DNA from: Chitinophagaceae bacterium
GTDB taxonomy: Bacteria; Bacteroidota; Bacteroidia; Chitinophagales; Chitinophagaceae
Length of the DNA stretch: 64,000 nucleotides
Assembly (NCBI GenBank): GCA_035545755.1
Contig: DASZXQ010000048.1
Coordinates: forward strand, 5,542 to 69,541
Direction: 5' to 3'
Position numbers and translations under genes: made by a program. The notes beneath the pieces were generated by a model. It did not search any database and was not told where the DNA came from. It saw only the letters and a list, made by a program, of their open reading frames with translations. Of the stretch, positions 29,190-39,097 are shown one piece after another (positions within the stretch are counted from its first letter, which is position 1; each line of letters opens with the position of its first letter).

Positions 29190-30590
29190 ATGCAAAAAAC
29201 AAGATTATACTTTTTCATACTGCTGCTTATTTGTAGCAGCACTGGTATTTATTCTCAAAAACAAAAGGCGGACAGTTTACGGAACCTGTTGGCACAAGAA
29301 AAAACAGACACTGACAAGGTAAGAGTAATGTGGCAACTGGCAAATGTTCTTTACAGCAATGATCCCGATACGTCGCTGAGCCTGGCACAGGAGGCTTATT
29401 ATCTTGCCAAGCGCAATAATTATGTAGAAGGGGAATCCCGTTCGCTGGGAATTCTCGCAAGCACATTCAGGATAATCGGTAATTATCCCCGTGCTCTTGC
29501 GCTGAATCTTGAGAAGTTGAAACTGGAAGAAAAAAGAAATGTGCCCCGCAATCAGGCAAGTGTGCTGATGAATATCGGCATCGTATATGTGTTCCAGGAA
29601 GAATATAACAAAGCATTGGGTTATTATTCCCAGGCAGATTCAGTGATCAATAAAGATAATGTAGAAGATTTCAAATACAATATTGCACTGAATATCGGTG
29701 ATGCTTACAACAAACTAAACATTTCAGATTCGGCATACCTGTATTTCCAAAAATCGTTGAATATTGCCAAAGCACAAAACGATGGCGACCTGATAGGCAC
29801 TTCAATGACCGGACTTGGGCACACTTACTTAAAGAAGGGGAATTATACAGAAGCAGAATCAAACTATCAAACTGCTATAAAATTATTAAAGGAAGCAGAA
29901 GATGATGAAGTACTTTGTGAAGCAGCATTGGGCATGGCCAAATTGTATGAAACACTGAATAGAAATGATTCTGCCCGGCGATATGCCGATCTAGCACTTT
30001 CTGTTGCAACAAATGATGGGTTTCTTTCCTGGCAATATGATGCTACAAATTTTCTTACCAACCATTTTAAAAAAGTGAACAAAATAGACAGTGCTTTTTT
30101 CTTTGCAGAATATTCCCACCAACTCAATGATTCATTGAACAGCAAGGCAAAGATCCGCCAATTTCAAAGCCTGACAGTAGAGGAGCAATTTCGTCAGCGG
30201 GAGTTACAGGAAGAAAAAGCTATTGCAGCAAAAAAAAGGTACCAGCAATTGCAACTGCTGCTGATCGGAATATTCATTCCCGGATTTTTCCTGATCACTT
30301 TATTATTGAGCCGTGCCCAAATTCATATAGGGATAATCCGTGCATTGGGAGTATTGTCACTTCTCTTTTTCTTTGAATACCTTACTTTATTACTGCACCC
30401 CACTGTAGCAGAATTAACTGATCATACACCGATATTGGAAATACTGATATTTGTGGGAATAGCAGCGATACTGATCCCACTGCATCATCGTGTGGAGCAT
30501 TGGTTGATTCATCGTCTCATCCATCACCGTATACATCATGAAGAGGAAGACAAAAAAAATCACCCGCATAAGATCTCACCGGTTAAATGA
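29190..30590 (+). CDS. TPR-repeat membrane protein (sensor-like, no output domain)
   Basis: Signal peptide, then about 300 aa of TPR-like repeats, a coiled-coil segment, about 3 TM helices and a His-rich tail (HHRVEHWLIHRLIHHRIHHEEEDKKNHPHK). Confidence 0.75.
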   Translation: MQKTRLYFFILLLICSSTGIYSQKQKADSLRNLLAQEKTDTDKVRVMWQLANVLYSNDPDTSLSLAQEAYYLAKRNNYVEGESRSLGILASTFRIIGNYPRALALNLEKLKLEEKRNVPRNQASVLMNIGIVYVFQEEYNKALGYYSQADSVINKDNVEDFKYNIALNIGDAYNKLNISDSAYLYFQKSLNIAKAQNDGDLIGTSMTGLGHTYLKKGNYTEAESNYQTAIKLLKEAEDDEVLCEAALGMAKLYETLNRNDSARRYADLALSVATNDGFLSWQYDATNFLTNHFKKVNKIDSAFFFAEYSHQLNDSLNSKAKIRQFQSLTVEEQFRQRELQEEKAIAAKKRYQQLQLLLIGIFIPGFFLITLLLSRAQIHIGIIRALGVLSLLFFFEYLTLLLHPTVAELTDHTPILEILIFVGIAAILIPLHHRVEHWLIHRLIHHRIHHEEEDKKNHPHKISPVK

Positions 30591-30633
30591 AACCCCGAAC
30601 GGATGATGAACTGATTTTAGAAATACAACAGTA

Positions 30634-30858
30634 TTAATTACCTTCCTTTACAGGCCTTGTTCCTGCTGTATCCATTTTGTTCATGCCGGTATCCATCTTT
30701 TTCATACTTGATGAATCAGACGACATTGTATTCATCGTGTTGGTAGTGGTATCTTTGTTAGCAGCCTTTTCCTCGCTCTTATTATTACAAGCAACGAACA
30801 GGAATGCAGCAACCACCACAGACAAAATGATCCGGTAAACAGTTTTTTGTTTGGTCAT
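30634..30858 (-). CDS. small Met-rich lipoprotein
   Basis: The ATG at 30858 gives MTKQKTVYRIILSVVVAAFLFVAC (lipobox). The mature part is Met/Thr/Ser/Asp-rich (TMNTMSSDSSSMKKMDTGMNKMDT). Confidence 0.5.
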   Translation of the reverse strand: MTKQKTVYRIILSVVVAAFLFVACNNKSEEKAANKDTTTNTMNTMSSDSSSMKKMDTGMNKMDTAGTRPVKEGN

Positions 30859-30912
30859 AATTAAAAAATTTAACCATAAGAGTACGACAAGTACCGGTCT
30901 TTTCCAAAAAAA

Positions 30913-32337
30913 ATGAAAGGTTTGCAAAAAGCTGTAGCTTTAAAATTCAAACATTTGTTCGTGAGGTCAAAAATATTCATACTTTTTGCATTGATGTTCA
31001 TTGATTGCGTTGCTATTTACGGACAATCTATTTATAATTTTCAATACAATTTCCAGGGTCAGAATAGCACCGTGACGTACCACACTTTCATGCTCCGCAA
31101 TATTGATGGCAGTGGTTTGATACGGATACGGTTTCAAAACGCAACCGACGGGACTGATGTTCTTGTAGAGACAGATGTTGACGAGCAGTACCCGATGGAT
31201 GCGTCCGGTACGCAAGATACCAGCACTTTATTGATCACTGCTATCAATCCAAATGTCATCATTGGCAATAACCAATCAAATTATACATTACCTGTTTTTA
31301 TTTTTAAGTATAATGCCGCAACTGATTTTTTTGAGCCTTCGGGAGCAGTTGATGCAAAAAACAATAATAACCATGCAGATTCTTTTTCATGGCAATTGAT
31401 AGAAGCGGCTGCGATAAGCAAAGAATTTATTTTACAATATTTCAGCGAGGATGAAGATTTTTATACTAATCTTTTCAAACCGGTTACTAAAGGATTATCC
31501 CCGTTAGAAAAAAATATCCGCTTGCATTTGCTGGTAGTTGCAGATACGTTGGATGAGACGATCGGATCATCGTGCAACAAGGACATGCAGCGAGCTGTTG
31601 AAACTTTTCAAAATCTTACAGATTATCTTGGCATAAAATTTCTACCTACTACAATTTGCGGAAAGCAGTACAGCAAAACAAATGTCCAGGCTGCCATTGA
31701 AGCCTTGAAGCCATCGCACGATGATATTGTTGTGTTTTATTATTCCGGGCATGGTTTCAGAATACCGGAGAAACCGAGAGATTTCCCAAACCTGAAACTC
31801 AAAAACTTTAAAAATCTCCTGCAGAATTTCAGAGATAGTGCATCATGGATCAAAAAAGACAGGCAGGATAACATTACCTACTCCATGAACATGGAAGATA
31901 TTTTTGACATGATCAGGAAAAAAGGAGCCCGATTCAACTTAGTACTGAGTGATTGCTGCGATGATGATATTTTTTCCGTTAATGCCACCGGTACCAAACC
32001 GGGAAAAACAAAAGGCTCTGGTGTAGAATGGAGCGAGGATAATATCCGGGCACTTTTTCTGAACAAAACACCCATGTCAATCTTAGCAACTGCAGCAAGG
32101 CAAGGTCAGCGGGCATCAAGTAATAATAATTTTGGCGGATTCTTTTCTTATTTTTTCAAAATGTCCATGGAAAATTATTGCAGCAAATTGAAAACCTCTC
32201 CTACCTGGGACCAAATTTTCCAGGACGCCATCGTTCAGACTATCAACAAAGCGAATCATACTTATTGCGACAAACCATACATCCCGGCCAACATCTGCCA
32301 CCAGGAACCTATTTATAAAATTGTATTTGGACAGTGA
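30913..32337 (+). CDS. exported caspase-family (peptidase C14) protein with unassigned N-terminal domain
   Basis: 474 aa with a hydrophobic signal-like N-terminus. Caspase dyad contexts VVFYYSGHGF (His) and LVLSDCCDD (Cys). Confidence 0.8.
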   Translation: MKGLQKAVALKFKHLFVRSKIFILFALMFIDCVAIYGQSIYNFQYNFQGQNSTVTYHTFMLRNIDGSGLIRIRFQNATDGTDVLVETDVDEQYPMDASGTQDTSTLLITAINPNVIIGNNQSNYTLPVFIFKYNAATDFFEPSGAVDAKNNNNHADSFSWQLIEAAAISKEFILQYFSEDEDFYTNLFKPVTKGLSPLEKNIRLHLLVVADTLDETIGSSCNKDMQRAVETFQNLTDYLGIKFLPTTICGKQYSKTNVQAAIEALKPSHDDIVVFYYSGHGFRIPEKPRDFPNLKLKNFKNLLQNFRDSASWIKKDRQDNITYSMNMEDIFDMIRKKGARFNLVLSDCCDDDIFSVNATGTKPGKTKGSGVEWSEDNIRALFLNKTPMSILATAARQGQRASSNNNFGGFFSYFFKMSMENYCSKLKTSPTWDQIFQDAIVQTINKANHTYCDKPYIPANICHQEPIYKIVFGQ

Positions 32338-35300
32338 TCAGTGTTTGACTTTATCATAGTCGATCGGATTGATCTTTCCTGTCATCTCTTTCCATTTATT
32401 TTTTGACCGGTAATCATCCCATGTTGTATCCAATTTCAAAATCCAGTAATAATGAAAGCCTTTATCAATTGATAGCTGCAACCATTGCCATGCTTCCTTT
32501 TCATTTTTCATCTGGGCATATAATTTGGCAATGGTATACATTACGGAAAAATTATCAGGGTTTGAAGAAAGAAAATCCTGGTAATAGGGCAGTGCCTTTA
32601 CAGGATTTTTTGACAAGAGTTCCAATCTTCCATTCAGATCAGCTATTCCCGGTAACATATAAGGATAAATAGATACCGCCTCTGCCAATATTTTTTTGGC
32701 CTTATCAAACTGGCCTGAGTAGATACTAAATTCGCCCAGTAGCAGACGATCCGGAAAATTTATTTTTTTATTGTCATACAAATAATCAAGATTTTCAAGT
32801 GCTGCCCTGTTTTTGTAAATAGACTTGCATACATCGATAATTCGTAAACGGGTAGCAGCATTCTCCGGATCCATTTGAATAGATTTTGCATAATTAGGAT
32901 AAGCCTGTTTGTTGGAGCCAGCCCAGACAAACACATTGCCGACCTTAAAATAAATGTCGGCAACTGTTTTAGTTTCTGTAAATAAGTCGGCTGCTTTTAA
33001 TAAAAATTCGATAGCGTCTTTTCGGGGTGTATAAATCGGTTCGGCCAAAGAAATTTGTTCTTTTGTGCCGGGTATTTCCAGTGATTCACTGAATTCTCTT
33101 ATCATTCCTAACTGAATGTTTTGAGGAGAAGAGGGGTCATTCTTATCACCAATAAAAAGAGTCGGGTCGTTTGTAAGTTTGCTGTAAATATCAAAATCAA
33201 TGAATTTTTCCTGGTTCAATACAGGGAAATGAACGATCGTATCAAAATAGGGTGCCCTCGATGGACGTTCAGCACGGGGGTAAAGCAGCAGCCCTAACCG
33301 GTAATACCAATCCCCGTTAGTGGGAAAACGCTGGATCATTCTTCGATAAAACGCATTTAGCTCCCGATCCGAACTTTCCCTATCCTGTACAGCAAAACTT
33401 TTAATTGTTGCTTCGGCTTCGGTGTATCGTTCTGTTCTTTCCTGCATTTGCCAAAGCTTGACATAGCCTCCCATATAAAAGGGTCGCATTTTAATAACCT
33501 TTCTTAAATATGTTTCTGCCTCTTCATAATGAGACCATGATTCATAAACAGTGGCAATGAAAAAATAATCTTCGATATCATCATATTGGCTTTCTCTGAA
33601 AAAATTTTCGAAACAATCATGCGGGTACGGATATTTTACTTTTTTGATCACAGAATCACAGTACAATCCTAAGGAACTATCTGACAAATGACAGTCAATG
33701 GCAAATTTGAACATCAATTCTGCATCTTCCCATTGCTGCTGGTCGAAGAATATCTTACCCATGTAATGAAATACCAGCGGGTTTGTTTTATCCAGTGCGA
33801 TGACCTTTTTAAAGAATCGGACTGCAGTTTTATAATCCCGGACCTGGTATTGCTGAAGCGCATACGTAAAAAAAGCCATGATGTCATCTTTTTTCAGGAT
33901 GCTTGTATCCACCTCGCAATGCGGGCCTACTACTGCCGGCAGCACGATCGGAGAAGCTACTACTGCCCAACCATTGCCTTCAAAATGAAATCCCTTTTTT
34001 CTTTTATCGGCTTCATAAAAAAAAGAATCTGCCTGGGCGTATTTTGTAGTATTCATATATACATATCCCAATCGTTCAAATGGCAGGTAATGGCGGGAAT
34101 TGATATCAATACTTTTCCTATAATCTTCTTCAGCAAATAATAAGTTCCCGGAATTTTCATTGAGCACACCGAGATTCACATGCGTACCCTGAAGATCGGG
34201 TTGCAAACTATCGGCTATATGTGCAGTTTCTAAACCTTTATCAAACTTTTTTTCAAGTGCATAGAGTCCACACATATTGGCCCAGGGAATGGCCCATGTC
34301 GGCGCTATTTGGGTAGCTCTGAAAAAATATTTTTCGGCAGCAGCATAATTTTTCTTAAGTTCTGATAGGACGCCAAGTTCATTCTGAATATAAGCGGCAT
34401 TTTCTTCTAACTGGAATGCCTTTTGTTGTTCGGCCATTGCCAGGTCTAATAATGGTTTTGGATCTTCAACTGTCGGGATTTTTAACCTGGCTACAACGCC
34501 GGAAAAATAATGAAGCTTCACCAGCAGAATATGATAGATCGGGCTTTGCGGATCGGCTAACTTTAATGCAACTGAAAACATCTTTGGATAAATATCATAT
34601 CCGCTACTATTAACATTATAATACTGTCTTTTTTCTAATTCGGCAGCATCCCCGGTCAGGTATAAATTGATGATCTCCTGCCCCCGATCACTTAGGGCAA
34701 CAACAAGTTTATCATCGAATCGTTTTAAGGCGTCCGGATTTTGATCAAACGATTTCTCTAACTGATCAATCTTGCCAATATCTACTTTCAGGCTGTCGGC
34801 TGTTTGGAAAGCGGATTGCTTTTGAAGAGTGTCGACAAGCATCTTGATAAATGCCAATGGAATTTCTTCTTTTGATAATTGATCGAGTTTATTGAAATCA
34901 ACCAACTCTTCGATATTCTTTTTGCCGATCAAACCAAAAAGATAACCCAGTGGCGGCACCGGCAATGGTTTTAAAAAAATTGATGGCTGACTTCTTTGTA
35001 AACCAGCTGCGGAAAAAAACCGTTGCTTCAAAGAATCCAAAGAAGTTTTATTTACGCTTGCCAATCGGAAATTAGAAGGTCCGTTAATTACAGGAGTTTG
35101 TTTCTGGTTTTTTTGAGCTAACAAAATATCTTTCGAAAGGGAAGAGTCCAGGTAGTTTCCTATTTCTTTTACAGTAACGACCCCGTTATTGAGATTATCC
35201 GCAAGGCCGATCATTCCATTGACGAGGTAATAAGAAAATACGCCTCTGCCGCCACCCCACCCTTCATCTTCATTGGAAAGTTCATCAGGCCCGCAGGAAG

Positions 35301-35916
35301 TAATGCGAACTTCATTTCCCTGCACTGTTCTCAATTGATCACCGACCAACAAACTTCCTCTGAATTCATTACCGGCTAAATTCCCTGAATGACAGGCATC
35401 AGTAATGAGCACTACTCTTGCTTGTCGTTGTACAGATAAAGTGTTCGCAAAATTGTTCAGGTCTTCCAATCGTACGGCATTGTTAAGATAATTAAATCGT
35501 GGAGTGTTATAAGTGAGCAGGAAACCGAGTTTATAGATCGTATTATTTTCCATATCACCATGGCCTGAAAAATAAAAATAGACCATGTCTCCTTTCTGAC
35601 ATGTTTCCAATAACCAGTTCATTGCATCATAAACAGCAGCAAATGTGGCGCTCTCATTAGTCAGCAACCGGATATTTTCCGGCGGCACCGAGCCTCCTGC
35701 TTTTGATTCGAGATAAGAAGCAAACACTTTTGCATCCCGGTCTGCATAATCCAGTTGGGTGATCACGGTACTTTCATATTGGGAAATACCAACGACTATC
35801 GCATACGTATTGCTGCTGACAGCAGTTTGCTGTGGCGAAGCATTGGGAGAATTGATTTGAGAAAATCCTGCAAAGCAGTTTATAAATAAACTTATTATCA
35901 GAAAGCAGTTTCTCAT
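32338..35916 (-). CDS. exported caspase-family (peptidase C14) domain fused to a long TPR-like repeat region
   Basis: 1192 aa. Signal peptide MRNCFLIISLFINCFAGFSQ. YAIVVGISQY, YFYFSGHGD (His) and VLITDACHSGN (Cys). The remaining ~900 aa are helical TPR-like repeats. Confidence 0.85.
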   Translation of the reverse strand: MRNCFLIISLFINCFAGFSQINSPNASPQQTAVSSNTYAIVVGISQYESTVITQLDYADRDAKVFASYLESKAGGSVPPENIRLLTNESATFAAVYDAMNWLLETCQKGDMVYFYFSGHGDMENNTIYKLGFLLTYNTPRFNYLNNAVRLEDLNNFANTLSVQRQARVVLITDACHSGNLAGNEFRGSLLVGDQLRTVQGNEVRITSCGPDELSNEDEGWGGGRGVFSYYLVNGMIGLADNLNNGVVTVKEIGNYLDSSLSKDILLAQKNQKQTPVINGPSNFRLASVNKTSLDSLKQRFFSAAGLQRSQPSIFLKPLPVPPLGYLFGLIGKKNIEELVDFNKLDQLSKEEIPLAFIKMLVDTLQKQSAFQTADSLKVDIGKIDQLEKSFDQNPDALKRFDDKLVVALSDRGQEIINLYLTGDAAELEKRQYYNVNSSGYDIYPKMFSVALKLADPQSPIYHILLVKLHYFSGVVARLKIPTVEDPKPLLDLAMAEQQKAFQLEENAAYIQNELGVLSELKKNYAAAEKYFFRATQIAPTWAIPWANMCGLYALEKKFDKGLETAHIADSLQPDLQGTHVNLGVLNENSGNLLFAEEDYRKSIDINSRHYLPFERLGYVYMNTTKYAQADSFFYEADKRKKGFHFEGNGWAVVASPIVLPAVVGPHCEVDTSILKKDDIMAFFTYALQQYQVRDYKTAVRFFKKVIALDKTNPLVFHYMGKIFFDQQQWEDAELMFKFAIDCHLSDSSLGLYCDSVIKKVKYPYPHDCFENFFRESQYDDIEDYFFIATVYESWSHYEEAETYLRKVIKMRPFYMGGYVKLWQMQERTERYTEAEATIKSFAVQDRESSDRELNAFYRRMIQRFPTNGDWYYRLGLLLYPRAERPSRAPYFDTIVHFPVLNQEKFIDFDIYSKLTNDPTLFIGDKNDPSSPQNIQLGMIREFSESLEIPGTKEQISLAEPIYTPRKDAIEFLLKAADLFTETKTVADIYFKVGNVFVWAGSNKQAYPNYAKSIQMDPENAATRLRIIDVCKSIYKNRAALENLDYLYDNKKINFPDRLLLGEFSIYSGQFDKAKKILAEAVSIYPYMLPGIADLNGRLELLSKNPVKALPYYQDFLSSNPDNFSVMYTIAKLYAQMKNEKEAWQWLQLSIDKGFHYYWILKLDTTWDDYRSKNKWKEMTGKINPIDYDKVKH

Positions 35917-36004
35917 GTTGTTTTGTGCGAGACAGAATTTATATCATCGGCCAATTCATTCAAAAGGTAAACAATTTATCAGATCAATGAAAAGATATGA
36001 AATG

Positions 36005-36038
36005 AAAAGCCGTCAAATTACTCTTCAACGGCTTTTTT
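36005..36038 (-). terminator. hairpin downstream of the OM barrel gene
   Basis: AAAAGCCGT ... ACGGCTTTT 9-bp perfect inverted repeat with flanking A/T runs. Confidence 0.5.
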
Positions 36039-36091
36039 AATAATATATATGATCTGAAATTGTTTTAGCTACGATTCAAAAGATCAACTTT

Positions 36092-36859
36092 TTAATGCTT
36101 CAATAAAATCGCATACCCCAAAGTGATAAATAATCCACCAGTATGGTTTTTACCATCATCTTGTTTGTCTTTTTGAATAGTGGTAAGGCCATCAGCAGCT
36201 CTAACATCCAAAATGAGATCTCCGCATTTACCCATATTTTTACTGATACCGGCTCCGCCTGTGATTCCAAAGTTTGTTGTTTTCAAACTTGATTTTACAT
36301 CCGTAGTTGCGTCGAAAGACTGAGGCGGCAGAGGTTGCCCGGAAATTTCTACAGGCTGAGTGCCGCCGCTGTCAAAATAGAGTTGGCTGCTGCCACTGGT
36401 TTTTTGTTTAGCTGCTAAAAGAAATCCGACATAAGGGCCAATATCCACGTAGTATCGCCAGCTATTACCCCACTCCCATTTTGCCATTACCGGTATCTCC
36501 AGATAATCTAAAGCAGACACATTTTTAAAATCTGCATAAAGCAATGTGCCGGGAGGTATCATTGAACTAAGCGCCGGTGGAATATCAGTAACAGGTTGCA
36601 TGCCGGTTCTCTTGCCACCCTGGCCGGCATAGTTGATAAAAGTTTTTATAGAAAATGTTTTATCAATATTGAAATCAGCAAAAGCGCCAAATGTTGATGC
36701 AAGCCTGGATTTATAGCCCTGGCTGAGTTCATTGCTATTGTTGCTCTTTAATTCGGGGATACTAACACCGGCATTCAAGCCAAGCTTGATCTTTTGTGCT
36801 TTTGATGAATACCAAAACAATATGCATGAGGATAGTAGAAGGAAGATAGCTTTTCTCAT
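36092..36859 (-). CDS. outer-membrane beta-barrel (porin-family) protein
   Basis: 255 aa. Signal peptide MRKAIFLLLSSCILFWYSSKAQ. Alternating-hydrophobic strands and Gly/aromatic-rich segments typical of small OM barrels. Confidence 0.75.
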   Translation of the reverse strand: MRKAIFLLLSSCILFWYSSKAQKIKLGLNAGVSIPELKSNNSNELSQGYKSRLASTFGAFADFNIDKTFSIKTFINYAGQGGKRTGMQPVTDIPPALSSMIPPGTLLYADFKNVSALDYLEIPVMAKWEWGNSWRYYVDIGPYVGFLLAAKQKTSGSSQLYFDSGGTQPVEISGQPLPPQSFDATTDVKSSLKTTNFGITGGAGISKNMGKCGDLILDVRAADGLTTIQKDKQDDGKNHTGGLFITLGYAILLKH

Positions 36860-37087
36860 AACAAAAGATTTAGTGAAAAGAAAGTGTTATTAAATTTAGA
36901 AAAGAAATTTAAAATACGAAATATATTTTCTTCACGCCAGTCGTTAACATCGTAATGACAAGTCAATCCGAAATCAGACTTGCCTAAGTTCATAGGCGAT
37001 TCTTTCCATTAGATCGAAATGAATTGCCATCCATTATAAATATTTTATTTTCCGAAAAACAGTAACCGATCCGTCGGGTGACTTTAT

Positions 37088-38326
37088 TTATACCGCTCTT
37101 TGAGAAAAAGTTCTTCCATATCGCTTGCTTCCATTTCTTTTGAAGGTTCGGTTCGTACCCGAAGACGGAGGAGTAGTCGTCGTATGCAAGGAACTTATAT
37201 CGTACGGATGATCTTTAATTGCAGGGATATTTTTGCGGATCAGCTTCTGAATATCTTTCAGAAATATTTTTTCGCTCCAATCACAAAAAGAAATTGCGGT
37301 TCCGCTTGCCCCCGCTCTGCCTGTTCTCCCGATACGATGCACATAGGTTTCCGGAACGTTCGGCAATTCATAATTGATCACATGTTTCAATTCATCTATG
37401 TCAATTCCTCTTGCAGCAATATCTGTTGCTACCAACACTCTTGTTCTTTTATTTTTAAAATTCATGAGTGCAGTTTGCCTGGCATTCTGATTCTTATTGC
37501 CATGAATAGCTTCGGAACGGATACCTGCCCTGTTAAGGCTTTTTGATAACCGGTCAGCACTGTGTTTCATTTGTGTAAATACTAAAACAGTATCGATCGC
37601 ACTGCTACTCAACAAATGGATCAACAGTGACTGTTTGTTTTGCTTTTCTACAAAATATATCTGCTGAAGCACTGTATCTACCGTTGAAGATACCGGATCA
37701 ACCTGCACCGTTTCGGGATTGGTTAATAAAATACCAGCCAGATGCTTTATTTCACTGGGCATGGTAGCGGAGAAAAAAAGTGTCTGTCTTTTTGAGGGCA
37801 GTTTGGCAATGATGCGTTTTACATCATGCACAAAACCCATATCCAGCATCCGGTCTGCTTCGTCCAACACGAAAAACTGTATATCGTTGAGGGAAATATG
37901 GCGCTGCTGAATCAGGTCCAGCAAGCGTCCCGGAGTAGCAACTATTATATCTGCACCCTGGCGAATGCCATGCACTTGTTTGTATTGGGATACCCCGCCA
38001 AAAATAACCTGGTGCTTTACATTCAAATATTTTCCATAGGAGCGAATACTGTCTCCTATCTGGATAGCCAGTTCCCGGGTAGGTGTTAATACAAGGGCTT
38101 TTATTCTATTATTCTTTTGTGATGTTTGCTCCTGGTGTATCATTTGTAATAACGGAATCACAAACGCGGCCGTTTTACCGGTTCCTGTTTGCGCACAACC
38201 TAACAGATCTCGTTTTTGTAAAATAACAGGAATGGAACTTTCCTGGATGGGTGTAGGATTGACGTATCCTTCATCGCTTAAAGCGTTTAGCACAGGCTCA
38301 ATGAGCTGCAAATTCTTAAATGACAA
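37088..38326 (-). CDS. DEAD-box ATP-dependent RNA helicase
   Basis: Q motif, AQTGTGKT, PTRELA, DEAD, SAT and HRIGRTGRAG motifs. Start placed at TTG 38326 (M-SFKNLQL, the typical N-terminus). The track start is TTG 38368. Confidence 0.92.
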   Translation of the reverse strand: MSFKNLQLIEPVLNALSDEGYVNPTPIQESSIPVILQKRDLLGCAQTGTGKTAAFVIPLLQMIHQEQTSQKNNRIKALVLTPTRELAIQIGDSIRSYGKYLNVKHQVIFGGVSQYKQVHGIRQGADIIVATPGRLLDLIQQRHISLNDIQFFVLDEADRMLDMGFVHDVKRIIAKLPSKRQTLFFSATMPSEIKHLAGILLTNPETVQVDPVSSTVDTVLQQIYFVEKQNKQSLLIHLLSSSAIDTVLVFTQMKHSADRLSKSLNRAGIRSEAIHGNKNQNARQTALMNFKNKRTRVLVATDIAARGIDIDELKHVINYELPNVPETYVHRIGRTGRAGASGTAISFCDWSEKIFLKDIQKLIRKNIPAIKDHPYDISSLHTTTTPPSSGTNRTFKRNGSKRYGRTFSQRAV

Positions 38327-38736
38327 TTGTAAAATGTTTAAAGTAAAAAAATGTGGTAAGGCTATCAAAAAAATAAATGATACATTACCTGCCTTACGTT
38401 AAGCCATCACGGTATTTGGGTGGATCAATTCAACACAAATTAGAGAGAGCAATAACATTAAGAACAGTAAAGGTACAACTATTTTCCGGCAATTGCTAAT
38501 TCCTTTCAACCCGTCCTTTTAAAAAGAAATATTCAACAAGGAAAATAAAGCTTACTTTTGTCATGAAATTACGTTTCGCTTTGCGTTTGTAATTGAACAA
38601 AATTTGCTTTCACAGTTTTTTTGCATAAGGAATCTCTCGTAATTAAATTGTTATAACCTGCCAAAGTGGAAATTCATTTAATAGCATAAAGTTTTAAAAG
38701 CTCAGTTAACCTATTTATCATATATAAACTTCTCAA

Positions 38737-38991
38737 ATGACACCGGATAAAATAGAAGAATACATTGACAAAAAAGAAAGAAAAGATATCCCGTTAAATA
38801 TACATTTTAAAGACCGCGACACGGTAAAAGGGATCTTCATCCGAAGCGCTGATTACAATGAATTGAAATCCAAAAATCTTTGGCGCATCGTAAGTACCAA
38901 TTACCTGAATGATTGGGAAAAAACAAAAAATGAGAACCTGGCCCGGATTTTTAATGGAATATCGTTTACGAGGCTTACTGATGACAATTAA
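38737..38991 (+). CDS. small hypothetical protein
   Basis: 84-aa ATG-initiated ORF with balanced composition, co-directional with the KAS III gene. No recognisable motif. Confidence 0.5.
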   Translation: MTPDKIEEYIDKKERKDIPLNIHFKDRDTVKGIFIRSADYNELKSKNLWRIVSTNYLNDWEKTKNENLARIFNGISFTRLTDDN

Positions 38992-39097
38992 AATATCTCC
39001 ACCTATCATTTCCGCAGCAAATCAAGTCCAATTAAATTCAGAATTCATCCTTTATCTTTAGCATGAGTCCAATTAATAGACTTTAATTTTTTAGGTT

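Noticed and set aside
36092-36859. A 255-aa gene next to the caspase-TPR gene was considered as a possible bacterial gasdermin partner, since bGSDM systems pair a ~250-aa pore former with C14/TPR proteases.
   Set aside because: It has a classical signal peptide (MRKAIFLLLSSCILFWYSSKAQ) and alternating-hydrophobic strand pattern typical of small outer-membrane beta-barrels. Gasdermins are cytoplasmic and lack signal peptides. It is also separated from the C14 gene by a hairpin.
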